Part shown: piece after piece, positions 48,213 to 60,800 of the stretch | How positions within the stretch are numbered: position 1 is the stretch's first letter | Layout: each line of letters opens with the position of its first letter | Origin: Lytechinus pictus | Lineage: Eukaryota | DNA: 64,000 nucleotides | Assembly: GCF_037042905.1 (NCBI RefSeq) | Contig: NC_087246.1 | Span: 2,544,001 to 2,608,000 of the forward strand | Direction: 5' to 3' | Translations under genes and position numbers: made by a program | The notes under the pieces: generated by a model | Database searches by the model: none | What the model saw: only the letters and a program-made list of their open reading frames with translations | What the model was told of the DNA's origin: nothing

Positions 48213-50823
48213 ATCATAAAATTGCTGATGCCAGATCAAAATCAAGACAATCAGATTAAAGAAGATTGTGATTGGCTGGTGCCTGTAATTTCAACAGTGT
48301 CAGCAAAGGTGGATGTGGGTCCAGTGACACTAAGCTTTAAACAGTGATTGATTTCATATCTTTTTACAACTGATTGCATTGATCACTGTGTGTAATCCTT
48401 CCCAAGAATCAGTTGTACATTCAATTGCTGAGCTTTGGGATACCGGGTCCGGAATCCCTTCCCTGCAGGAAATTTTATATCTTGTTATCAAAGGGAAAAT
48501 TAAGCTGTGGTTATGATGAAATACAAATGATTGTAATATAGCAGATTCTTGTTATTTCATTGAGGAAATTCTCCAATTTCACTTTGCTCTATATGGACTG
48601 CTCAAGGCATGATAATTTGGGAGCATTCCAACAATTTATATGAACTAGAAGACAATGACAAATCATTTTAGGAATTATGGACTTGCCATTGTAGTAAGAA
48701 GTTAAGAATGAACAGTACCCTTCAAAGCCCACTCATTCATGGTGTGAAGGAAGAAAATTGATACAATGTATGGGCTAAACATTTATTTTAGTTCTGTATA
48801 TCTTATGCACTTCTCATAACTCTTTGTAGAATTTTATGATTTATTGTTAAGGATTTTGGTGATTCCAAAGTTGGGTAGTGTTCTCATTTTAATGAAACAA
48901 TATTCGTTTAGAGACTGTTTGATCAGGACTAAATTTAATCCTTGATTAAATTATGTAAAAATTATTAGCCATTGTGTTGTCATGTTGACTACTTCATTGT
49001 TTAACGCTTGTCTGCTTTATATATGTACATGTAATTACTGTAGGTAAAGGAGAACAAATTATTTAAATTGATCATGTAATGGTGTGTATGATACTGAAAA
49101 TACAGTAACTAATTTATTAAATTGTGCTCTATGAATGTTTGCTAGTCATGAGAATCAAAACTGTTTTTTTTTAATGCCCAAATGAGTGTGTGAATTTGCT
49201 TTGTTTTGTATATTTCACAGCTACTTTGCATGTCGCTTATTGGAATATATCTACTGATATATCTGATGATTAGAAATTAATGTTTCAAGGTCAAAGTTAA
49301 AGATCATTTTAGGTCATTAATCTTGGGTTTTATTATCAAATTAATGATATTTTTCTCTAATATTGAAAAAAAAAATCATCTAAACTTGTTTTTATATTCC
49401 ATAAAGCTTGTATATAAATAGGATCAAATATCAGCTGTTATGTGAGTTCAAATTTCAGGTAATTTGATAAACGTCAAAGGTCATTCAGGTTAAAAACTTG
49501 GATGAAAATTGATAGTTTATCACAATTTCATCAGTAAGTTTTCATATCCATTTTCCCTTTTGTGGTCTTGGATTTTACATTATATATTCAAAGGATATAA
49601 TGGGAAAGACATTTTGATATTTCGATGTCACAAAGTCAACACTCCTACATATTTCATTAGAATAGCCATATTGGTGTGTATACTAGATGCAATGAGTGAG
49701 TGTTAATTTTCAGAACAAATACTACTAACCTCCAGATCTAGGCTAGTTTCACACTTGTTATAGTCATACTGCAAATCTCTTTTTAGCATATGGTGTAACA
49801 TCATGACTGTTAATGACTAAAAATGTTTATGTTTAATGTGGTCCGGTTTAATGATCTTGAATGAAAGAATACAAAATTCAAGCACTGAGATAGAAAAAAG
49901 GAGGAATTATTGGTATACCATTGATGAGAATCAATAACTGAATAACAAATTAAGCGTAATATTACTGTTAAGGTTATGAACTTGATTGTGTTAAGTTTGT
50001 TGATTTGGTGATGATTCGTAAGGGAAGTGAATTAGAAGATTAGAGTCTGAAAAGGAAAAAAGAAATGCTGAGAAGGAAAATTGATGATGCAACAGCTCAG
50101 TATAATTATGTGTTTGCTCATAGTGCAATGCAACCATCATTTTTAATATTATTATGGTGGCCACATCAGTATTGTTTAGTAAATCTACACATATGTAGAA
50201 TTGAATGGCGATATGGAAGTAGTATCTACTATTTATTATCTCACATGCCTTGTAATCATGGTTGGGCTATACAACTTTTAGGTACATGCCTTTTAATAAA
50301 TGAGATGGCATGTTAGATGCTCTCAGAAAGGCACTTCTCAAAAATGCAGATTTACCTAAAAAAAAGGAGGGGGAATACTTGAGTGCATTGACAAACATTC
50401 CCATGTATTGACAGATCTGTTAATTGTACATATATACTCGTACTTGACAAACCAATATTTGTTTTTAAGTTTTGTTGTTGTTTTTTTTTGGGGGGGGGCT
50501 TTGCATCTTTTTCTCTTTGCTTTTAAAATTCAGAGAAAAGGAAACAAATAACTAAAAGTAATAATGTGAGGCCTATGTTTTATTTGTACTTGCCTATGTC
50601 ATTCTGTTGGGTGTCGCCTTAAAAAAATATGAATTTGTGCTTGTATTTTGATGATTATCTCCAAAATTTGTGCAATAAGATATCTTAAGGGATAATTATC
50701 TTTTTTGAATTTGAATTTTGTTTCTATTTACTTTGGTATCAAATTTACTAATACTATTTTTAAAAGTAATGTAAACATCATAGTAAGGTATAAAACTTTT
50801 AACAAGTATAATTTGCACTTATA

Positions 50824-51135
50824 GGCCCGTATTCTGAAGACGGGTTTAACTTAAATTCAGATTTAAAGTTGTGGTTTAAGTATGGATAGCCAATTGTTAC
50901 ATAAATCACTAACAGGAGAGATATCATACTTCAGCTCATTTGGCTCTCAAATCATTCATAATTGTCTAGGAAGTATAAATAGATGATTGTCTTCACCATC
51001 GATGAATCAGGAAAGAGCACAGTAAACATAAGAAACATACAACTTAATAAAAAATGTTGATACTTTTGGCTTCCCATACTTAAACCACAACTTTAAACCT
51101 GAGTTTAAGTTAATCCCGACTTCAGAATACGGGCC
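50824..51135. mobile_element. Harbinger-like MITE
   Basis: About 60-bp TIR GGCCCGTATTCTGAAG..CTTCAGAATACGGGCC, 3-bp TSD ATA. Confidence 0.85.
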
Positions 51136-52071
51136 ATAGAATTTATCACAGAAACAGTCAAGATGGGGATTAATTTTCTGTAAAACTGTATCTTTGGAAT
51201 TTTAATGAATTGAACATGCAATGTTCCACTCTTTTGATGAACCTGTTATGGTATTGAATTATTGTGTTTAACAGGCTTGGCATGAACCAATGTTGGTTAA
51301 CAAGGTTAGAATGTGTTGACAAAAAATAGTATCCCAGTCTACTAATATCAACATAATTGAGTGGTTATGTAGACTAGAGATTAAAACCTTCCAGATTGTA
51401 GGCCTTCTGTTCATTCAATGGAAGTCAGCTTATGATAAACAAGTGCACTTGATCCTGCATCTGGTATGATCAATGCAAACAGGTGAACAATTGTTTAATA
51501 GGAAGTCACTGTGTTTAGCCTCATCTGAGGAAGAATGAAAAGGGTGGAATTAATGCTTTGCTTGGCAAGTTAATGAAAAAATTATGATGCATTTTGAAAT
51601 TGGTATTCCATTCTCCATATGTAATTATATTGACTTGATAGCAGCTGCTTATGTTGAGCTTTAAAGGGCCACTCTCGGCTGAAAATGATGTGATTTGGAT
51701 GAACAGAGTAAAACTAAATAAGCAACACTGAAAATGTTATTGAAATCAGATGATTTTTAAAGTTTTGCATTATTGAGGGCCCTATTTCATTTTTGTTTTT
51801 CAATACATGTGTACACAATAGTGTAGTAAATTGCAGCGATTATAATCTTACACATTGCATCAGTACTCGCAGTCATTCTTTTGTTTACATATTTGGAGCA
51901 GACAATTTGAATAATTGTGACTTCATATGTAAGGTTTGACAATTGGAAACAATACCTGAAATCCCACTTCATATCCCTTCAGCCTGGAGTGCCTCTTTGT
52001 ATCTGAGCTTACACCCTATTCCCCCATGCATACCCATGCTTGTATAAATTATTATTAAAGTATAATTCTGC

Positions 52072-52077
52072 AATAAA
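52072..52077 (+). terminator. candidate distal ACOX3 polyadenylation signal
   Basis: AATAAA followed by TTGGTTTTTGTTT; coincides with the end of the CpG-depleted domain. Confidence 0.4.
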
Positions 52078-53942
52078 TTGTCATATTCTATACCTTGGTT
52101 TTGTTTCAGGAGGTTGGTATGTGCTAGCTATTGTTGACTGAATCGATATTTGTGATTGTTTTTCATTCTGAAAGGAGATCGAGAATAAGCTTCATGTGGA
52201 AACAAAATGAGGGAAGAGGAGGATCAGAAAGAGATATATAGTGGGGGGGGGGGGGCTTTCTCAAAATCCAGATAGAAGAGCGAGGCAGAGATGGAGCTGA
52301 CAGTGCTATTGATGCTGGTATAATGCTGCATTCCATTCCATTCTCTGCTTCTTGGTTTGTATCTTTCATTCAAGCTTTCACATACCGCCATTTCACAAGG
52401 TAAAAAGATCGTAATTTGAATGATTCGAGTGAAAAATAAAGCCAATGACGAAATTTCAGTTTACATGAAACCAAACTAGAACATGATTAGAATCACGAGC
52501 GCTTATCACAATCATGAATTCAAATTCTTCTCCGGAGGTGAATTTTTGGGCGTGAAATTAAAGGCTTGACCTCCAAAACAATTTTTGGGGGGCGGAGCTT
52601 ACGTGACCTTTTAAGCACCTCCGTAGATAAAATTGTCATACACACATCGTATACGTAGTTATTCAACGGAAATAAAATAATTTCCGTGAGTTATTCGCGA
52701 TGCAGTGCTTTGATTGACAAGTCACCAAGGAAGGACACATACCGCCTTCGCTCGGGAATTCGAATTCAAATCAGTTTTCGAGTGAGCGTGTGAAAGCTTA
52801 TAGTCCAATAATTCTATTTAAGACGAATTGCAATCATTACAATGATGATTCAAGATTCACGTGTGAAAAGGCCCATATACACACAAAGTTTTTTTTTGTC
52901 GCCCGGTCGATAGATTCCATTGACTTGATTTTAACTTTTATATTTTTTCTTGGCTAGTGACTGGATGTTCATGGGCTTGATATTTCAGGCAATTGACTTT
53001 CAAAAACTTAGTTTCGCTGCCTCTGGTTGAAACCATCGGGACGAACTATTTGCTGTAATTTTACTCAAGTTCGGATTGACTTTCTTAAATTTGTTAGCTC
53101 TTGGTCACAGAAGGAATACAACATTATTATGACAAATGAGTTTGAAATATATAAAAACTAACTTTTTAAGTCAATGTAAACATGTAACGCTGCTACCCTA
53201 AACATTAAGCATCTGTATGCAATTTCATTTCAGAAAGAAACATATACTTTGAATTACTATCATGACTATAGACTTCAAAAGGCAATGCAAAACAAAGAAC
53301 TTCTTAGGCAAAAATGTAGCTGACCTCATAAAATATTATCAATGACATATCATAAGTGACAAAGGGTAAATAGATAATGATAATATTAAATTGAATACAA
53401 AGTCTGGTTGACAAATGCACTCTGTACCATAATAGTCAAATGAATATCCAATAGAGAATTATAAGATGCAAGAAGCTGCATATGTGGGGGAGGGGCAAAA
53501 CTACCTCAAGGTTACGAACTTGTATATACCCTATAACTCACTTGGATAATAGGGTACTAGTGTTAAACCCCCCTAAACCCTCTTTTTCTGCTCTATTTTC
53601 TCCTTTCTCATTTCCTTTTCTTATTTCATCTCTCTTTTCACGACTTGAAAATCGTAGGGAGGAGTCAACCCCTAGCTGCTTCCTAGTGTGTCTGCCACTG
53701 GGTAATAGGTAATGATATTACAAAACAACAAAAGGTTATCATGAATTCATTACCAGCTCGTCTCACCGGGACAAACATTTTACAATTTATTTTGTTCACA
53801 TGATTTTGAAAGTTCAAAAACTACTGCATCATATGGTAGCAGGATTAATTCAACACTTATGATTGAGAATGCGGGATATTTTCTTAAAATTCATCCCCCC
53901 CAAAAGGAATTTTTAGTTCACTTGAATCTTCATGAGTCGAAA

Positions 53943-56900
53943 ATGTGTATCTTTTTCCTTGTTCTAGCTTTTATAGGTTCAACACAAGCAGCCACGGACT
54001 ACAGTGGGTAAGTATAAAGGATTATACTGAAGAAGTTTACTAATCACTATAGTCCTAATGAGAAGGATATTTTTACTCTATGGCAATCTATATCCTTACA
54101 GAAAAATACTAAAGATGGCGTTATGGTTATATCTAAATTCGAATAAAGGATCTAATGTGTTTTAGGTGCATTGTTAGGAGATTTACATTATAAAAGTAGG
54201 TCTAAAGATTTCGAAAGGGGAAACCATCACCCCCCCCCCCCTTCTACTCTATCCTGAAGGCAGTCATAGGAGGGGTGGGCCCGGGGAATGTAATATTAAT
54301 TCAACCACTCTTCATTTTGGGAAAAGTTAGATTACTTTTCCAGTAATCGAAGGCTGAATAATAATATTTTTTCATCTTATCACGCAAAAATTCTCATCAA
54401 TCAATTTTCCTCTCTCGATCTGTTTCTTCAGACACCAAGTTCTTCGTGTTACCCCTCGTACCGAAGAACACCAACAATGGCTTAGGGACATGGAGATTAC
54501 TATGGTCAATGAGGTAATGTTTACTTCACTTCAAGATGACATCCATTTATAATCTTGACTTCTCTTTCCTTGGAAAGAGCTAGATCACTAGAGTTTTGAA
54601 ATTATAATTTGGCGTTCTAAACAAGGTTTGTTTGTTTGTTTTTGTTTTTTTAACAGAAACCAAAACCAAAATACATAAAAGAGGGCGAAAAAACCCGAAT
54701 CGATGTTTAAACAGACAAAGTCTGCTTTATCTGACAGTTACCATAATAATTATCGGATTCTTGCCTCTCAGCAAATTTTTCAGATCTGACAACTTGACAT
54801 GACAAAATGGTGATGAATATTCCCCAGTTCCTCTTAATCTGTAATCATACCAACCGCTTTGAAGAAGAAGGATGAATGGAGCCTGCATGGAGGATAAGAC
54901 GAGGAAGACGAACACATGGAAATGAACACGCGCGAGTATAATCACAAAGAAAGGAGAAAGAAATAAATTAACTGGTGAAATATGAATAGAAATAATTTAT
55001 TAATGTTTCTTACAGATCGATTTCTGGTCTGACGTCAAGAACATCCCGGGTAGTACGGTTGATGTCATGATACCGGGTCGACATCTAGCCACATTCCTCG
55101 ACATCTTCAATAATAAGAATATACCAGTAAGCATCATGATCGATGATGTCGGCCTTCTCATAAATGAACAGGAGAGGAATAGAAAGAAACGATCAGCAAC
55201 TAACCATGATCTCGGCTCTTTTGACTACACGGTATATCATACATACGAAGAGGTAATAGTCCCTTCTCAACCTTCTCAATTCTGTTTTTTGTTCGGGTAG
55301 GCAGGGGCGGGATATTTGAGACAATTGTACAATTTTACCAATATTTTTATGGGGTTTGCATCATGCGTACGCCAAGCACAGCTCCAATAATTTTTTTTTT
55401 TTTATAAAGGAAGTGAAATTTGTCCCTAAAATCATAGCAGCCTTTATACGGTCACCCACCATAAATGCAATTTTGCCACACCAAAAACCTCCCCCCCCCC
55501 CAAAAAAAAGGAATGAAAACAAACAAAATAGGTCATCATTCACAAATAATGGACTTTGGGACTCCCACAAAAACTTGACGAGAAAAAAAATCAAACAAAA
55601 ATAAACACTCCTCCCAAATTAAGGGGATTTCCCCCTTTCTCCCCCCCCCCTCTCTCTCTCTCTCTCTCCCTTTCGTTGTTGAAGCAATCTTTAGGGGTCC
55701 GCCCGCACCTTCAACCCCCCCCCCCCCTCGCCAGGGGACCGCTTTATGAATATTGTCAGCACTGTCAAATTGTAATTACACACTAAATTTCATGGATATA
55801 CAATAAATCAAGATCGGTTGTGAATAGCTGAACGCTGAATCTAGATTTATTGTGTAAGTATTTTAATTTAAAGCTTAAAGATATTAATTCTAATCTGTTG
55901 AAATAAAACACTAATTTTTAGGATTCGAATTGTGACTTGTCACTTTAACCGTCCGACATAGCGTATACACCAGACAGTACAGTCAGACACGATGTGCTTC
56001 TTATCAAATAAAAACCAATAAAAGTTATCAAATCTGACAAGTTATCTGTCAATGTTAAGTTACCTCTTGCAGTTTTCCTTTTTGCCTTTTCTCCTGTGCC
56101 TTCCTATTATTATTTTGTTCACATTCTCCACGTATAATTTCTTTCCTGCTTTAAACTTTCTCGTCACTTCATCTATCTGTAGATTATTCTTATTTTTTAC
56201 TTTCTCTTTTTTTTCTTCTAGTCCATTTCCCATGTATCTTCTTTTTTTTCTGGTTACCTTTTTTTATTTTCTCTTCCTTCTCCACTTGACTTCATCTTCA
56301 GATTAATTAATCGGTTTCTATTTATGTATATTCCACCCTTGTCCTGTTCACTTTTGTATACCTTTTCCTTTATTCAAAGTTTGTAAAACATTTTTGTGAA
56401 GTTTGCTTTCCTGATTATTATGTTTATTAGATTCAGCAATGGATATTGGATATTGCCGCTGCTTACCCAACTATCGCCACCTCATTCGTGCTCCCTAAAC
56501 GATCATACGAAGGAAGGACTATCTCTGGTATTAAGGTAAGCCGCATAATAAACTTTTTCACATTTTTCATTCAAGATCATCCTTACGAAATTACTTTAAG
56601 ATGATTGAAATATAACCTTATTCAACTTTTTATAATGAAATAGTTTCAAAGGTCTTATAATGTTTTATCAAGCTTTAGCATCATAAGTACCTCATGTAAC
56701 TTAAGCGATCTTTTTTATCTCTCACTTGCTTGAAAAATAAAATTAATATCAGAAATATTTGTTGCACTGATTTCATGCCAAACAAGTTCTTTTTAAATAA
56801 AAATGGCGGGATTTGTGAAGTTAAAGTCATTAGACTCATCCAAACACTGATCTTCATCACTCATTGTTAAAAATAAAATTGTTAAAAAAAGTAATTATTA

Positions 56901-57821
56901 CTGGCAGCTGGGACTCACAAAAAGTATGAACTGTTAAATTCCGATGGGCTGTAAAAATGCAAAAATACTGGATATAACTGTAAAAAAAAAACCACAATTT
57001 TAACATTCATTTGACATGGAAATCGCCGTTTATTTACAAATACGAACACTATTTATACGAGAGATGCACTGCAATCAACGTAAAACACGATAGTTCGTTG
57101 GTAATTTTTTACAGAGATTATTATATTTTACTTTGTTTTACATTTAACTTGTAATTCTACGTTACATATCACTGCATACATACGTTTGGTTTGTTTAATC
57201 ATTGTGTCGTCTCTTTTTATATGGTAAACATCCTGTAACGATTTTTCTTTGTAAAATTACTAGTATTTTAGCAGTGTAATGACTATAGGGCCTATATCAC
57301 TCCAGAGTACATAATTTTTGTTATCATTGGTTGCTATGGTGACATTTTTGCAAGATGATTAAATTTTGTTTGGCGTTTTAAGATTGAAAAAGTAATAACT
57401 TATGACATTGACATTCAATTTTTTGTGTTGTATGTCACAAGTCTCGGGATTTTCACTGAACTCTGTACATTTACATGTCTGTGGAGTTTCGTGTTTCGAT
57501 ATAGTTATGGACCACTTGACCCATCGCTTTTTGCATGAGATGAATTCCTAAAGGGTTCGGTAAGCACTTATATAGAAATGATGTCTTGTATATCTCCTGA
57601 TTGATTTTTCATAGATCCGAGGAACTGGAGGTTCAGCAGGCATTCGTAAGGGCGTCTACTTTGAGGCTGGTATCCATGCTAGGGAATGGATTTCACCCGC
57701 TACACTCATTTATATCACCAAAACAGTAAGGCCAAATGTCAACGATATTTCGGTGTTCAAACAAGGGCGGAAATCTTTCTCCAAAGGAAGGGGGACCAGG
57801 GGCTGGAAAATTTGACAAGCA

Positions 57822-57853
<32 letters not shown>

Positions 57854-60800
57854 GTTATCACCCAAAAAGTAAGGTCATCTCGTCCAAAATACACATTTTA
57901 TTTCAATTTTGAATGATGTATTTTTTCCATCATAAAATACCAAAAAATAGAAGGGGGACATTAATATTGTGTCCCCCTACTATTTTGGGTAGGGGGACGT
58001 GTCCCCCTGTCCCCCCTGGGATTTCCGCCCATGTGTTCAAGAATTATTTTAACCAAAAGAATTCCACAATTCTATGAAACTGATACACAGGGGGGGTCGT
58101 GCTTCGGTGGGACGAGTGAGCATGCGGTAACTATGGAAACTAGTCTAAATCCACTCGGTAGCGCATCGTGAGTTTAACAGTTCCATAGTTACCTAATGCT
58201 TACAAAACCTACCGATTGGTTTAATTTCCCAGTTGTCTTTTAATTTTCCCTGAAGCTCCTTGAAGATTATATGACAGGTGAATCTATGGCAGTGAGACTC
58301 GTTGACACATTTGACTGGTATATTGTACCTTCTCTCAACCCAGATGGTTATGTCCACACCTGGACAAAGGTAAGATACTTCAGTGAGATACAACTTCTTC
58401 TCTCAACAAAATAACTAAGAAAGTACAGACGGAAGCGATAAGAATAGGTCCATGATGAAGGTACCTAATTATAATGCTAGAGGAGACAGAGGTCGAGAAT
58501 GGGGATACAATGACGACGATAATGATAAAGAGGATGGGAATAAACGATGACGATAATCATGTTAGTTTTTGGCGATGGCAATAAAATAGGGCCCGAAGTG
58601 AAACGCGGTGATTATGATACAGATATTAATTATGATGTTAAAGGAAAAATCCGGCAATGCTATCCGATAATATGCTGCCATAGAAATAACAATTACAGTC
58701 ATCATCAACAGGCGTCGTCATAGTGGTAGAAGAAGTAATAATAGTAAGAGTAGTAGTAGTAGTAGTAGTAGTAGTAATAGTAGTAGTAGTAGTAATATAA
58801 ATAATAGAGGTAATAGTTGTGTAGCAGTAGCAGTGGTAATGGTGGTATATATTGCAGTAGTAGTAAGTCTATTTTGTCGTTGATATAATTTTTTCTCATT
58901 ATTATATTAGTTTTCGACTTTTTAAAAATTGTATTGCTTGTTTTATTAAGGAGCGGATGTGGCGCAAGACTCGATCGAATAATGCGGAAAATGCATTTTC
59001 TGGTTGTACAGGGACTGATGCTAATAGAAACTGGCCATATGAATGGGGAGGTAAGATTTTCAAATAAATCGTTGAGCTAAGAGTTTGTTTCCCTTAGTAT
59101 AGTTGTCAGTTTTAGGAAATGTCAAAATCTGCAGTGGTAGTTTAGAGTCTGATGACCCCCCCCCCCACAAACAGTGGCGTACCTGGCATATTTCGTCAGG
59201 GGGGGGCAAGTGACAAGAATGAGCAAGGGGGGGTAGTAGGCATGGACGTATATAGGCACAATTTTTTTCAAGGGGGGCTGATAATAATTGCCCAAATATC
59301 AACTTCACAATTTTTAATTTTCGAGCGAGCAAAGCGAGCGAACATTTTTTTCAATTATTATTTAGCCTTTTTACATGATGTGAAACGTGCAGAAATTATA
59401 CATTCGGTCATAAAATTACCAATACACGAGGATATTTGGGCACCTCGCAGTCCTCGTTGCATCATGCAGCCCACCCCCATACACGTTTGGATGTGAAGGT
59501 CTGGCAGTGGCACTGAATGTGGGAAAGGTTACCCAGGGGTACCCAATAAAACAGTTTGGATCTTGCTATACTACTGATATTTGCTATCGGGCGATTGCAC
59601 TTTATTGTCGAAATTAATTCTTTTTTTTGTATATCATTCCAGAAATGAAATGTATTGGATCGTGAACGATATATTTCTAATCAAGTGGTAATTGCAATGT
59701 TTATATAAACATACTTCTTTTATTCCTCTTAAAGTGTTTACATTATGTTCCCAATTCTGCTGATTTGGAGACGTTATAAAAAAAGGTATTTGACATTGAA
59801 ATCAGTTAAAAATAAAAATATAAAAATGTTAATTGCGAGTGCAAAGCGCGAGCTGATTTTTTTCTAAAAATTTAGACCTGAAACGATACCGTTTTTGTGC
59901 CCTTAATTATTAATACGATGGGTATCTTCCTTAATAAATCATGCGAGCGCGAAGCGCGAGCTAAAAATTTCGATATTCCTAACTGGACACTAGACATTCT
60001 AAGTAGTTTTACATGATGGGTATCTAAACAGTCGTGCGGGCGCGAAGCGTGAGCTAAATCTTTTGATATTCCGACTTAAGAACTTGATATTCTAAGCACT
60101 TTTAGAAACCATGAACAAATTGGTTTCTAACTGAATAATTAATAGATGCGAGCTGAAAGTTTTTTTTAACTATGAACAAGATGGTATTAAAAACAATTAA
60201 TTGGTGTGAGCGCGAAGCGCGAGCTGAAATTTTTTGATATTTCGACCTGAAAACTTTACATTCTTAGCACTTCATTTAAAGGTCAAGTCCACCTCGTAAA
60301 AATGTTAAATTCGAATCAATAGAGAAAAATCAGACAAGCATTATGCTGAAAATTTTATCAAAATCGGATGCAAAATACAAAAGTTATGACATTTTAAAGT
60401 TTCGCTTATTTTTCACAAAATAGAAATATGCACAATTTAGTCACATGCAAACGAGAGAATTGATGATGCCCCTCACTATTTCTTTTTGTTTTTCATTGTT
60501 CGAATTATACATTATTTCATTTTTTGCAGATTTGACAATAAGGCCCAACTTGACTGAACCATAAATGTTAAGCTATGGTAATTCAACATGTTCAGGGAGA
60601 AATAAAACTTTGTTTCACAAGGACAATGAGGAGAAATTAGAATATTTCATATTTCATATAATAAAATACAAAAGAAATAGTGAGTGAGTGATGTCATCAG
60701 TTCCCTCATTTGCATACCGACCGGGATGTGCATATAACTGTTTTGTGAAATTAAGCGAAACTTTAAAATATCATAACTTTCATATTTTACATCCTATTTT

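Noticed and set aside
47833..48245. minus-strand ORFs over the last ACOX3 exon
   Set aside because: Antisense shadow ORFs with no recognisable motifs.
58231..58255. upstream CAG acceptor for carboxypeptidase exon 6
   Set aside because: Introduces an in-frame TGA; the AAG acceptor at 58255 keeps the frame.
58705..58899. poly-Tyr ORF on the minus strand
   Set aside because: Artefact of the (TAG)n microsatellite in an intron.
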